From contig OX597816.1 of NCBI GenBank assembly GCA_951406725.2, forward strand, positions 158,348,001 to 158,412,000: a stretch of 64,000 nt of DNA, read 5' to 3'. The notes beneath the pieces were generated by a model. That model was not told the origin of the DNA and searched no databases. It was given only the letters and a program-made list of their open reading frames with translations. A program made the position numbers and the translations under genes. Positions 12,010-23,731 of this stretch are shown here, in pieces; positions within the stretch are counted from its first letter, which is position 1, and every line of letters begins with the position of its first letter. This DNA is from Octopus vulgaris (taxonomy: Eukaryota).

Positions 12010-12700
12010 ACTAAGGTGGCAAGCTAGCAGAATCGTTGGAGCACTGGACAAAATGCTTAGTGGTATTTTGCCTGTCGCTACGTTCTGAGTTCAAATTCCA
12101 CTGAGGTCCACTTTGCCTTTCATCCTTTCAGGGTTGATAAAATAAGAACCAGTTGAACATTGGGGTAGAATGTAATTGACTCATCCCCTCCCTGCAAATT
12201 GCTGCCCTTGTGGCAAAATTTGAAACCATTCTTAGCAAAGACCCAACTGATAATAACTACAGTAGTAAATTGAAGATCATTTTTAATGCGAAGGCAGTGG
12301 GTTGGCAAAATCACAAGAACATCAGACAAAATGCCTTGCAATATTTAGTTGTATTAGTCTGTGTTCTGAGTTCAAATCCTGCCACAGTCAACTTTGACTT
12401 TCATCCCTCCTGGGTTAATAAAACTAATAAGTAGCAGTCATTTACTGGGGGCAAGGGAATCAACTCCCCACTCCCCTGAAAACTGATAGCCTTGTGCCTA
12501 ACTCAGAATCAAAAGTTGGTGAGCAAGCAGTGTATGTTCCAGATCTTTACATTCTAAGTTCAATTCCTGCCAAGGTCAATACTGCCTTTTATCTCACCAG
12601 GATCAACAAAATCAAGCACCAGGTTTGGACTGAGGCCAATGGCATTGACTAACAAACTCCTTTCAAAATTACTGGTTTCTTTCTGCCTAAATAACAATTA
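12010..12700 (+). mobile_element. Head-to-tail cluster of three tRNA-related SINEs (family with GAGTTCAAATTCC B-box and GCCTTTCATCCTTTCGGGGTCGATAAA central domain)
   Basis: Three diverged copies. The same family occurs at 15085-15300, 15555-15750, 16933-17163, 27145-28300, 42775-43001, 53835-54045, 56891-57101 and 62478-62615. Confidence 0.8.
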
Positions 12701-12707
12701 TTATTAT

Positions 12708-12930
12708 TATATGTTTGACTTTTGCTTTGTATTTGTACAAGTTGGCTCCAAGTTTCACCCAGAAACTTTAAGAGACAAATTAGAAGTTCATGTTGGTGTT
12801 ATGCCTAGGGTGTCATATATTTGGTTTTGCACATAGTATTGTTCTAGAGAATATTTCAGAAAACATAAGAAAATTATAAGATTTGTTTTAAAATTTGAGA
12901 TTACATAGCCAGTATTTTATGTAGGTTATT
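12708..12930 (-). mobile_element. R4/Dong LINE 3' terminus
   Basis: Reverse complement matches the 3'UTR of the R4/Dong copy at 57590-57785; flanked by (ATT)n tracts. Confidence 0.75.
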
Positions 12931-13071
12931 ATTATTATTATTATTATTATTATAGATGTCACACAGTATACAATATCATGAGGTTGTTGATAGAAGATAT
13001 TATGTCTACTGGGGGTTTGTATTGTCTGTCAAATCACAACAAAGACCTCAGATTATTATTATTATTATTAT

Positions 13072-13300
13072 GTCAGGGTGTATGGCCTAGTTGTTAGGGT
13101 GTTGCATTAATTATCGCAAAATTATAGTTTCAATTCCTCGATCAAGTGGTGTATCGTGTTCTTGAGCAAAACACTTCATCTCATGTTGCTCTGCGACCAT
13201 TTTGACACCTGATGCAAAGTACACTGTACACCTGTTCAGGCAATGTCAATTTGATGGCAGGATAGAGCTTAATGTGCAGCACACCCATTCTATCATACTT
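13072..13300 (+). mobile_element. tRNA-derived CORE-like SINE (second copy ~17340-17570)
   Basis: A-box TGGCCTAGTTGTTAGG, B-box GTTTCAATTCC, and CORE-like TGTTCTTGAGCAAAACACTTCATCTC. Confidence 0.65.
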
Positions 13301-14797
13301 TAAATTCTCATCTCCTAGAATAAAGTTGTCTCCCTTCCTACTGTAGCCACACTCAGTTGAAGGAGATCTTAGTCTTGCAAGCTACATGGTGATCTCTCTA
13401 GAGCTGGTCCCATAAAATAAAAGCACCCAGTACACTCTGTAAAGTGGCTGGCATTAGTAAGAGCATCTAGCTATAGAAACCATGTCAAAGCAGATAGAAC
13501 TTGGCACAGAAGGCAGACCTTAGAACTGTTGGGTCCTGTTAAACTCTGCAACCCATGCTAGCATGGAACATGGATATTAAAAGATGGGATGACGAAAATG
13601 ATGGCGATGCTCTCCATCAAGTTATATAATCTTAGTGAATACCTTTTGCGAGATGTTGGCAGCTCTAAAAAGTGCTAGTTACTGTAAAGAATATTAGGTA
13701 TTATATTTAGATTTCGATTTAATGTTGATCAAAATCGATCAACATCAATGGAAATTGTAGCTATGATACCAGTGCCGGTGGCACGTAAACGAACCATCCG
13801 AACGTGACCATTGCCAGCACCGCCCCAACGGGCCCCCATGCCAGTGGCACGTAAAAAGCACCATCCGATCATGGCCGTTGCCAGCCTTGCCTAGCTCCCA
13901 TGCCAGTGGCACCTAAAGAGCACCATCCGACTGTGGCCATTTGCCAGCCTCGTCTGGCACCTGTGCCGGTGGCACGTAAAAAGCACCCACTACACTCACA
14001 GAATGGTTGGCGTTAAGAAGGGCATCCAGCTGTAGAAACATTGCCAGATCAGACTGGGCCTGGTGCAGCCTTCTGGCTTCCCAGACCCCAGTTGAACCGT
14101 CCAACCCATACTAGCATGGAAAGCGGATGCTAAATGATGATGATGATTTAGAATTTTGGTGTTAGGAATAGAGCCAGAGGTATCCCACTACTTATTTAGA
14201 CAAGTATTTATTTTATCAATCTTCATCAAATGGCTGAGTAACCCTTGTATATAAAGAGCTGTGATCCACTACACCATTTAAAACTGTTATGCACAAACAC
14301 ATACAATAAATGCTTCTGTACAGTTTCAGGCTACCAAATTCTATTAACAAGGAATTAATGAACCTAAGGTTAGAATGGAAGACACTAGCTCAAAGTGCTG
14401 TGCAGTGGGTTCAAACCTCAAATCACATTGTGGTAAAGTAAACATCTTTACTTTTTTATACAAAACAACAAACATGTAACCATCTTGTCTTAATGTAATA
14501 TTTTGGTCTACATTGTCTGTGTCCTTAGATGACAGAATGTGATTTGAAGAAAATTTGATTGTTATTTTTAACAGGTTAACTGAGCATGTTGAGGCTACTT
14601 CACTGGCTTGAACTGAGAGAATATGTAAAAGGTCTTTCACTGGCTTGCTATTTGTAATTATTTGAGGTGAAATAGAAACTTTCTATTATACTTTTTAGGA
14701 AAAGAAGCCGAATGTTCTGTCTCATTGGTATCACACACCTCCCCCATGATCTTCACAAACCAAAAATAAGTTCTGGAAACTTAGTTTTTTTTTCAAT

Positions 14798-15027
14798 TTA
14801 ACCCTTGTGTTACCAACCCGGCTGAAACCGGCTTTGGCTTTGTAGTACAAATGTTTTGTTTTTAAAAGTTCTAAATTAAAATCTTCCACCAAACCTTTAG
14901 TCACGATTTATGTTCCTAACACTATCTTAATTATAACTAAGTTATTTTACTAAATACTTTGTTATACTTAGAATAATTGAAAGAAACACAGAGCATCTCA
15001 AAATAAATACAGTAACGAAAGTGTTAA
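14798..15027. mobile_element. TTAA (piggyBac-type) MITE; related copies 16261-16723, 22830-23040, 26472-26669, 34946-35174, 43473-43700
   Basis: TTAA-CCCTT...AAG(G/T)G-TTAA termini and shared internal sequence among copies. Confidence 0.8.
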
Positions 15028-18000
15028 TATAGATTAATATTGTGCTCTGTAGAGACAAATGTTTGTTTTTACTGACAACCATAATATCCTTTCTACTTAA
15101 GGCACAAGGCCTGAAATTTTGGGGGACGGAGGTTAGTTGATTATACTCACCCTAGTGCTTAACTGGTACTTATTTCATTGACCCCGAAAGGATGAAAGAC
15201 AAAGTCGACCGTGGCAGAATTTGAACTCCAAACAAAGATAAATGAAATGCTGCTAAACATTTTGTCCGATGCGCTAACAATTCTGCCAGCTTGCTGCCTT
15301 ATCTACAAGCACAATATCAAAATACATATTCTGTGACTAAGTCTATTTAAGGCTCTATAAAAGTGCAACTCATTCATTTATCATCATCATCATTTGATGT
15401 CCGTTATACATGCCGGCATGGGTTGGATGGTTTGACCGGGCTGGCACACTAGAAGGCTGCACCAGACTCCAGTCTGATTTGGCATGGTTTTCTATGACTG
15501 GAAGCCCTTCCGAATGCCAACCAATCTGAGAGTGTTTTATTATCCATTCATTTGTTAGGCAGTGAGCTGGTAGAAGTGTTAGCATGCCAGACAAAATGCT
15601 TGGCAACATTTCTTTTGGCTTTACATTCTGAGTTCAAATTCCTCCGAGGTTGACTCTGCCTTTCATCCTTTCAGGGTTGTGAGCACTGGGGGTTGATGTA
15701 ACTGACTAACCCTGCCAAAAAAGTGCTGGCATTGTGCCAAAATTAGAAAACATTATTCATTCATTTGTTATATGTCTGTTTTTCCGTGATGGCATGGGTT
15801 AGATGAATGTGTTATTTAAGGCATTCTTTCACAGTTGAATGTTTTCCTGACACTAAGTCTTATCTCCATTTTAAATAAGAGACTTTTCAAGTAAGAAAGT
15901 TATAAACATTAAAACTGGCTCCTGTGCCGGTGGCATATAAAAAGCACCATCGAAATGTGGCCAGTGCCAATGCACTCTGACTGGTTCCCGTGTTGATGGC
16001 ACGTAAAAAGCACTATCCGAACGTGATCAATGCCAGGCCCGCCTAACTGGCTCCTGTGCTGGTGGCATGTAAAAAGCACCCACGACACTCTTGGAGTGGT
16101 TGGCATTAGGAAGGGCATCCAACTATAGAAACATTGCCAGATCAAATTGGAGCCTGGTGCAGCTGCTGGCTTTCCAGGCCTCAGTCAAACCATGCCAGAA
16201 TGGAAAATGGACGTTGAACGATGATGATGGTGGTAGTGATGGAAATAAATAAGTGCTAGGTTAACCCTTTCGATACTATATTTCTGTTGAAATAAACTGC
16301 TTTTATTTTAATTAATTTTGAAAATAATGAAGAATTTACTAAGCGGTCGAAAAAAAAAAAGAAAGAACATCAGAGATGCTTTACCCCACACAGAAACTAC
16401 AGAAGCTACTCAGAGGTTTTGCAAGCTCTTCTAAATCTATCGCAATGCTGGAAAGCCTTCTGTATCGTCAGCTGGTACCACAGGGTCACAAGCATTTCAT
16501 CCCTTAGCTTGTAAGCTTCACCTGAGTCGGGCAGCGAGGAGTGAGCTGGTCTTCACCTACAGAACAATTTCACTCGCAGTCTCTTACCATCATTAAGCTG
16601 GTGCTTGGAACATTTACTAACATGAAGTTTTGATAGAAGGTTTTAATTTAAATCACTTTAAACAATAAGTTTCCATTATAGAAGCAAGAGTCTTCTCAGG
16701 TCAGTAGGTGCCAAGGGGGTTGAATGGGTTGAGATATTTAGTTACTCCCACTTTACAACTTAAGTTCAAATTCCACTGTGGATAGCTTTGTATTTAATTT
16801 GGTGGTGGTGGTGGAGGGGAATTTATCTGATTGTATTTTATTCTGAGGCCAACTTTACCTTCTGTCATTTCCAGGTCAAGGGTCAATGTAATCACCCTTG
16901 CCAGTACAAGAAAGGGTTATTATAATTCTTATTTCTTTACTGCCCACAAGGGGCTAAACACAGAGAGGACAAAGAAGGACAGACAAATGGATTAAGTCGA
17001 TTATACCGACCCCAGTGCGTAACTGGTACTTATTTAATTGACCACAAAAGGATGAAAGGCAAAGTTGACCTTGGCGGAATTTGAACTCAGAACGTAGCAG
17101 CAGACGAAATACTGTTAAGCATTTCCCTCCAGCATGCTAACGTTTCTGCCAGCTTGCCGCCTTATATTATAATTCTGTTGAGGTCAACCTTGCCGTTTAT
17201 CCTTTCCAGGTCAGTAAAATAAGTAACAGTTGAACACTGGGGTTGGTGTAATCAACTATCCCCTTCCCGCTAAATTTACTGGTTTTGTGCCAAAAATTAT
17301 TATTTTTGCACCCTAACCACTAGGCCACGTGCCTTAGTCCAGGTGGTACATTGTGTTCTTGAGCAAAACACTTCATCTCACATTACTCTGCAATCACTTC
17401 CACACCTGACGCGTGGTACACTGTGCACCTGATTAGGCAACATTGATTTGATGGAGAGAGGGAGTTAATGAGCAGCATGAATATTTAATCGTTATAAACA
17501 AATCATTTGTGCAGGTTGTTTCACAAAAGCTGAGCACTCACATGTCATCTGTGATGGGAAAGTCCATTGTAATTATTACATATTAATTACTTACTTATAT
17601 CCTGTTACCAATCTAGGAAATACAGGATTTATACTGCATCAGGTGATTCTTTAATAGGTCTCCAGTGATATTAAATGATTAAAAATAACAATTAAAAATT
17701 TAGTAAAAGTTGTATCTATTGGATATAGTGAACAATAATTGTGCAGCAATAATATAATACAGAAAGATAGTAGGACAGTTTAGTAAGTAATACAATACAA
17801 TTAAATTTCTGTATTATATATCACACTAGCTGGTCCTGTGCCATAAAAAAATGATGGCTAATTGTAGTGTTTTATATACAAATATGGTGCAAAATAATCA
17901 CAGATATAAACATTCACATACTTGTACATGCACACAAATACACAGGTATACTCACACAGAGTTGAAATGCTGTTTGATTTTTCTTTTCAGCGTTGAATGT

Positions 18001-18454
18001 TCACCACCCCACTTCCATTGCACACACACACACACAAAACAAACATTCACATGATTCCCTTTTACACACCCACACATACTAACACTGAGTTGAAACGCTG
18101 TTTGATTTTTCTTTTTTCACTGCAGCACTTCCATCACAACACTACCAAGTTCACCATCACCTTCCTTATTCATCTATCACCCCTTCCTTTCTCATTCCTA
18201 TGATGTGACGGAGAAATACACAAGAGTATTATTATAGTAGATACCTTGGTCTGCTCAGTGGGAGAAGGCTAAGGAACAAGAGAAACCAAATTTAACATCC
18301 TGGAGTTCAGTGTCCAACTACTTAAGTATATTATAAGCTTACTAAGACAGGTTTAGCACAGTAGTAAGTTACTAAAGAGACCGTTGTCTATAAAGACTGG
18401 TGATGTACCATGCAGTCAGACTATCTTTTAATTTGACATTCTGATATTTATAGG

Positions 18455-18770
18455 TGTATATGCGAGGCTCACCAATAGAGAAGTTCTTATCTGGATCAAG
18501 CCAAATCTGTCGCTGGAAGCTAGAATTACCAAGCATAGATTGGCATATTTTGGTCATATTATGCAGAGGAAATCCCTGGAGAAGGACATCATGCTCAGAA
18601 TGGTCAACAGCAAGAGAGGAAGAGGATGACCAAGAATCCGCTGGCTTGACACCATTAAGAGTGACATGGGAATGGCCATAGCCAATCTGAAAGAAGCGGC
18701 CCAGGAGAGAACTGGCTGGAGAACACTGATCCATCGAGTAACCGAGAGTTGACTTCGACTGAGCAGATAA
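18455..18770 (+). mobile_element. RTE/BovB-like LINE 3' fragment
   Basis: Reads YFGHIMQRKSLEKDIMLRMVNSKRGRG*PRIRWLDTIK...WRTLIHRVTES*LRL. Confidence 0.85.
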
Positions 18771-19304
18771 GAGAGATATGTGACTGTGGTTAAGAAGCTT
18801 GTGTCCCAACCACATAGTTTCAGGTTCAGTCCCACAGCATGGCACCTTGGGCAACTGTCTTCTGTTATGGTCCCAAAGCCTTGTAAGAGTGGATTTGGCA
18901 GAGGGAAACTGCAAGAAGACTGTAATGTGTGCATGTAGGTGTGTATGTATGCAATAACGCATGTAGATACAAGTGTGTGTGTTTGTTTGGGACTTATTGC
19001 ATTGACATTGTGTGATTGTTGTAAATAAATGTCTTTCATTTCCAACATTCCGTGAAAACATGTCTGGCCATGGAGAAACATCTCCTTGCTTAGAAACAGT
19101 TAAGGGTTGTCATCAGGAAAGGCATCCAGTTATAGAAAATCTGCCTCAATAAACTCCATCTGACCCATGCAAGCATGGAAAAGTGGACGTTAAACACTGA
19201 TGATGATATTAAATTTCATGAAGAATTATAGCTACAACTTTGTATGCCCTACAAGATCAGGAAAAGGATCTTTAGCTATGAATTTCTGAAACTCTCCTAC
19301 TCTC

Positions 19305-19720
19305 GTTTACTTGTTCCAGTCATTTGACCATGGCCATGCTGGAGCACCACCTTTTAGTTGAGCAAATCGACTCCAGGACTTATTCTTTGTAAGCCTAGTA
19401 CTTATTCTATCAGTCTCTTTCGCCAAACCTCTAAGTTATGGGGACGTAAACACACCATTGTCAAGCAATGTTGGGGGAACAAACATAGACACACAAATAC
19501 ATACATATATATATAAATATATATATATATATACATACGTATATATACATACGTATATACAACGGGCTTCTTTCAGTTTCCATCTACCAATCCACTCAAG
19601 GCTTTAGTCAGCCTGAGGCTATAGTAGAAAACATTTGCCCAAGGTGCTACGCAGTGGGACTAAACCTGGAACCATGTGGTTGGGAAGCAAGCTACTTACC
19701 ACACAACCACTCCTATGCCT
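19305..19720 (-). mobile_element. tRNA-derived SINE with internal (TA/TG)n (GGCTGTGTGGTAAGAAGCTTGC family); other copies ~18778-19200, 23830-24185, 31498-31890, 34530-34690, 36980-37135, 50172-50555, 53000-53150
   Basis: tRNA-like head with GGTTCAGTCCC B-box, CACCTTGGGCAAGTG segment, and tail GGCGGTGCTCCAGCATGGCCGCAGTCAAATGACTG. Confidence 0.85.
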
Positions 19721-19725
19721 ACTTA

Positions 19726-19937
19726 TCTCCTGATAAGTTCATCTTCAAATGATTTATCGGAGAAAAGAGGTCATGGATTCTTTTAGTTACTTTTGGAAAT
19801 GGTTGCTAGAACAGGTAGCTCACCTTGTTTGATTGCATCTTGTGCAGGATTTCTTTGATATTTCGGGATGATTTTAAAGGGATGACTTTACTTGTATGTT
19901 AGAAAATGACCCTTAGAAATTCACTCAACAGTCTAAC
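19726..19937 (-). pseudogene. Pseudo-exon: duplicated, stop-disrupted copy of part of the 21278-20555 exon
   Basis: 19726-19856 matches 21126-21256 (about 9 mismatches in 131 nt by my count) with in-frame stops; it has its own acceptor TGTGTTATTTAG| at 19937. Confidence 0.8.
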
Positions 19938-20105
19938 CTAAATAACACAAATTAGTTTTGGATTGAAAAAGACTTTTAAATAAATTCTTAACCATTTTAT
20001 TGTTTATCTTGCATCCTTTACTCACTTCAGTCATTGGACTGCAGCCATTGCTGCTATCACCATTTTGATGGAGATATTTTATACTGAATACACCTGTATT
20101 TTCCC

Positions 20106-20138
<33 letters not shown>

Positions 20139-20554
20139 CGTCATTCAACACAAAATATCCCTACAAGAATATGGCTCTTTGAAAATAACTTAACGGTCAA
20201 TGAAACCATTCCAAACAAAGTTAAAAAAAAAATTCAACAGAAGCTTTATTTTTTTTTTTGCTATCTTAAGAAAATCCAACTGTCATTGCATACAAACAGT
20301 AAAACTAAATATATCTCTAAGCAATCTTTGAACTTGTTACATCTATCTGTGTCCTGTTCTGTTGAGTGTTCTATATTCAAATACCTAGGTTTTTGTGAGA
20401 AAGTGAAAGTATGTAAATGAAAATGGATAAACACAAAATGTCAAACAGAATGAGAAAGAATTTGTTATGAAAAGAACCAATAAATGGATGAATAATACTA
20501 TAATATCAGCAGAAAATGGTCTTTCAGTGAGAAAGAACTGAAAGACACACATAC

Positions 20555-21278
20555 CTTTAGTCTTAGCCACAATACATTTATCGGATGGTTTTTGCCCATT
20601 GTCCAGTTCACTGGACTTTTTCTTTTTCTGTTTTTTCCCTGTACACTGAGTAGAAGAAAGTTGTTTATGGTCTAAATTTGAGAACTGTTTTACAGATTGT
20701 TCTTCAACTATATACATTTTATCGTCACTGATTTCCAAATCTGTTGCTACACTTTCACCAATTCCTGAGCATTTTATTATTGCTGTGTCATATAATTCTG
20801 TTTCTATACTCAACGGTTTTTTCCTGGATTTTTTAACCCGTCGTCTCCTACGTTTTTGTTTCAAAGAAGTCTGACTACCTTCCTCGGAATTTTCACATTC
20901 ACAGCTTTCATTATCAGAGTCACTGCTACCTTTCAGTTCACAAAAGTCATCTTTCTCTCTAGAAATACTCTTCAATTCATTTCTTTCTTCAAAGTCTTTT
21001 GTAATTGTTTTCTCTGCATCAGAGTTTTTCTGAGTATTTATACTTTTATGAGATCTAGACTTTTTGTTTTTTCTTTTAGTTTTAATTGCTGATAAATTTT
21101 CTCTGACTAATTGAATTTCTGAAACTCTCCTGATAAGTTCTTCTTCAAATGATTTATCGGAGAAAAGAGGTTGAGGATTCTTTTGGTTACTTTTGGAAAT
21201 GGTTGCTAGAACAGGCAGCTCACCTTGTTCGACTGCATCTTGAGCAGGATTTCTTTCAATTTTACAAGACTCCATCAT
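20555..21278 (-). CDS. Large first coding exon (241 codons + 1 nt) of an unrecognised Lys/Glu/Ser-rich, probably disordered nuclear protein
   Basis: Long non-repeat ORF with basic clusters (KTKRKNKKSR, KQKRRRRRVKKSRKK, KKQKKKK). Donor AAG|GTATGT at 20555/20554; after it the ORF decays into intron-like F/L-rich sequence. Confidence 0.75.
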
Positions 21279-23688
21279 AAAAATAATAAAATCTATTTAC
21301 ACTTTATTTCTTTAAAAATGTTATATTTGTCCATTATATTTAGTTAAAAATAAAAGAAAGAATTTCAAATTCATATGAATTGAAATATATAAATATGGTT
21401 AAATTTTCAATATAACTGTTTTTCTAATAATTTTATGAGATTGAGTTAATAGAAATTTGAATGAACATTTTAAACTGAATTTAAAAGTTAGGTTAATGTT
21501 GAAATAAAAACAAATGTTAGAGATCTTTCATTATAATTTCTGATGTATTTTTTAAAAAGGATATGTTGATATAAGGCAGATTTTGATTCTTGACACCAAA
21601 GGGATGTATATGGCATATAAATTGAGTGCCTTGAGTTGATACGAAAAACAAATCTGGTAGCCACAGTAGAGTAGACGCAATGCTGACAATGGCGATGATA
21701 GAAAATATAACCCAGTCTTATTGTACGGTGACCAAGGATGGCATATATTTGTCTTTTTTCCTAGATACTTTTCTTCTCAATAATTCCCCAAAAACCTTTC
21801 CACTAACAGAGACGATGCCTAGGAATAAAGAAAATATTACAAAATAGTTTCCCAGGAATAAGAGTATTTACAAAAGTAGCGAGGACAAAAATAGTTTACT
21901 TGGAATTTTTGCGAAAGCAGGGAAAAGAGAGAAACTTTAGTAGTTATGAAAGTTTATGGGCCAGTTAGGACAAATTTTGGAAACTCAGGGAAGGCAAGCA
22001 AAAAGACTTGTAGTGAGCAAGTGAGCAATTATAGAAGCATTAAACAAGGCTTGTAAACAGCTGGTCAGTATTAGATTAAAAAACGAAATTAAACAAAAGA
22101 AAAAAAAGAAAAAAAGAAAAAGAAAACTGTCAGTTTATTTGAAATTAAAACATGAAATGACTTTTGAGAGCTGATGATAAGAGATCATTGTGGTCATGCT
22201 GCTACATCGATTGCAATCTGATGAACAGCTTTTCCACAAGTTTTAAACTGTCATTGTTATCATCAGTAAGTATTTACATATTAGATACAAAGTTCATATT
22301 AGGGGCTGTATATTTAGACATCTTTTGTTTTCATCCATTTTACAATGCTAGTGCAGATGGGTTCGGTTTTTTTTTTTTCATTTAACGTCCGCTTTCCATG
22401 CTAGCATAAAATATTTAGATATTTTCATATCACCAAAGTAATTGTTTCAATGCAGGCACAGTCGATTGGTTATCATATAATTGTTGATGAATAACCAGTT
22501 AAGACAATAAATTAATAATGGTATTCATCAGTTAAATTGCCAGTCAGAAATATATCACAATCAAATGTTGAAAAGGTAGCAAAATGAAAGGAGGAGGGAA
22601 TCAGCTCAGAAAAAACATGCAAAATTAGGGAAAATGTGGAAATTCAGGCTAAAAGCATTGAGGTTTTAGGATAGAGAAAATACTGATGAAATATAAGAAA
22701 ATTACTCCAATGCTGCTTGTAACCCCTATTTGCAATCAAAATGGATACCAATATACAGGAAGACGGTAGGATTAAAATATAGAGCAGCATAGCAATCAGA
22801 TATTTACTTCAGAATTATGGTGCAGCTGTAATATAAGATAGGTTTTGGATTATTCAGTCAAGCGTAATGCTTATTTATTCATTGTTTTAGGTTAATTATG
22901 CATTACCTCATAGCTTTGAGATTTCAATAAGTGATTGTTCATTTTTAGAATGACAGTGTAGGGAAGGAGTGAGAAGCTAATTCTGCTGGTTTTAACAGAA
23001 AACAGGCAGAATATGGTTGGTTTAAATGCTAACGAGTTAAAGCTTTAGAGTTAACTTTCATTTTAATTAATGATTTCCTTGAAAAAGTGGGATACGAACA
23101 TACACAAAAACATAGAGAGAGAGAGAGAGAGAGAGAGAAGCAGGGAGAGGGAGAGCATGGGGGATGGAGGGAGAGGGAGGAAAGAAGAAAGTAATCTTTA
23201 ACACTAAAATGTAACAAATGGCAGGAATCATTACAAAATCTGTTCAAGATGTACAAAAAAAAAAGGGCTGGCTTCCATCAATCAGGATTGATCTTATATA
23301 TGCACCTGTATGAGGGATTGTCTCTGAGATGAGTGTGTTTAGAACCTCTACACAGAGTTTTGTCTATTGCACAATTAATTCCAACATATCAATATTTTTC
23401 AACTCAGTTTGACGTATATGAGTCTTTGCCATGTTTGTATTTAGTATACAGACAACTGTCCCGAGGGATTTTTATTTTTGTTACCTCAGCCCTATTATTA
23501 TAATTAGCTACTCTAATTCTGGTGTGACCAGTGGCTAACACTCTAAAGGTCATAGGTTAAAAGTCCAAGCTAAACAAAGTATGCTAACGAAAACAGCATA
23601 TTATATTTAGCTTGAAAATGAAGACATAATTTCTGTATATCTTTACACAGGAAATGCTTACAGCATATAAAATTCAAAAGAGAAATTA

Positions 23689-23731
23689 CCTCTATTTTAT
23701 TCTACATTTCTTGACCTTCAGAAATATTTTG
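23689..23731 (-). other. Candidate small 5'UTR exon of the minus-strand gene
   Basis: Acceptor CACTTTATGCAG| and donor GAG|GTAATT; stop in the frame that would join the next exon. Confidence 0.3.

Noticed and set aside
16495-16560. HDV-like ribozyme motif on the minus strand (CAG..CTCCTCG-CTG...GCTAA)
   Set aside because: P1 and P2 pairings cannot be formed and L3 is too long.
20385-20554. Hydrophobic C-terminus of the 297-aa ORF as a TM domain
   Set aside because: It lies after a consensus donor (AAG|GTATGT) and has T-rich intron composition.
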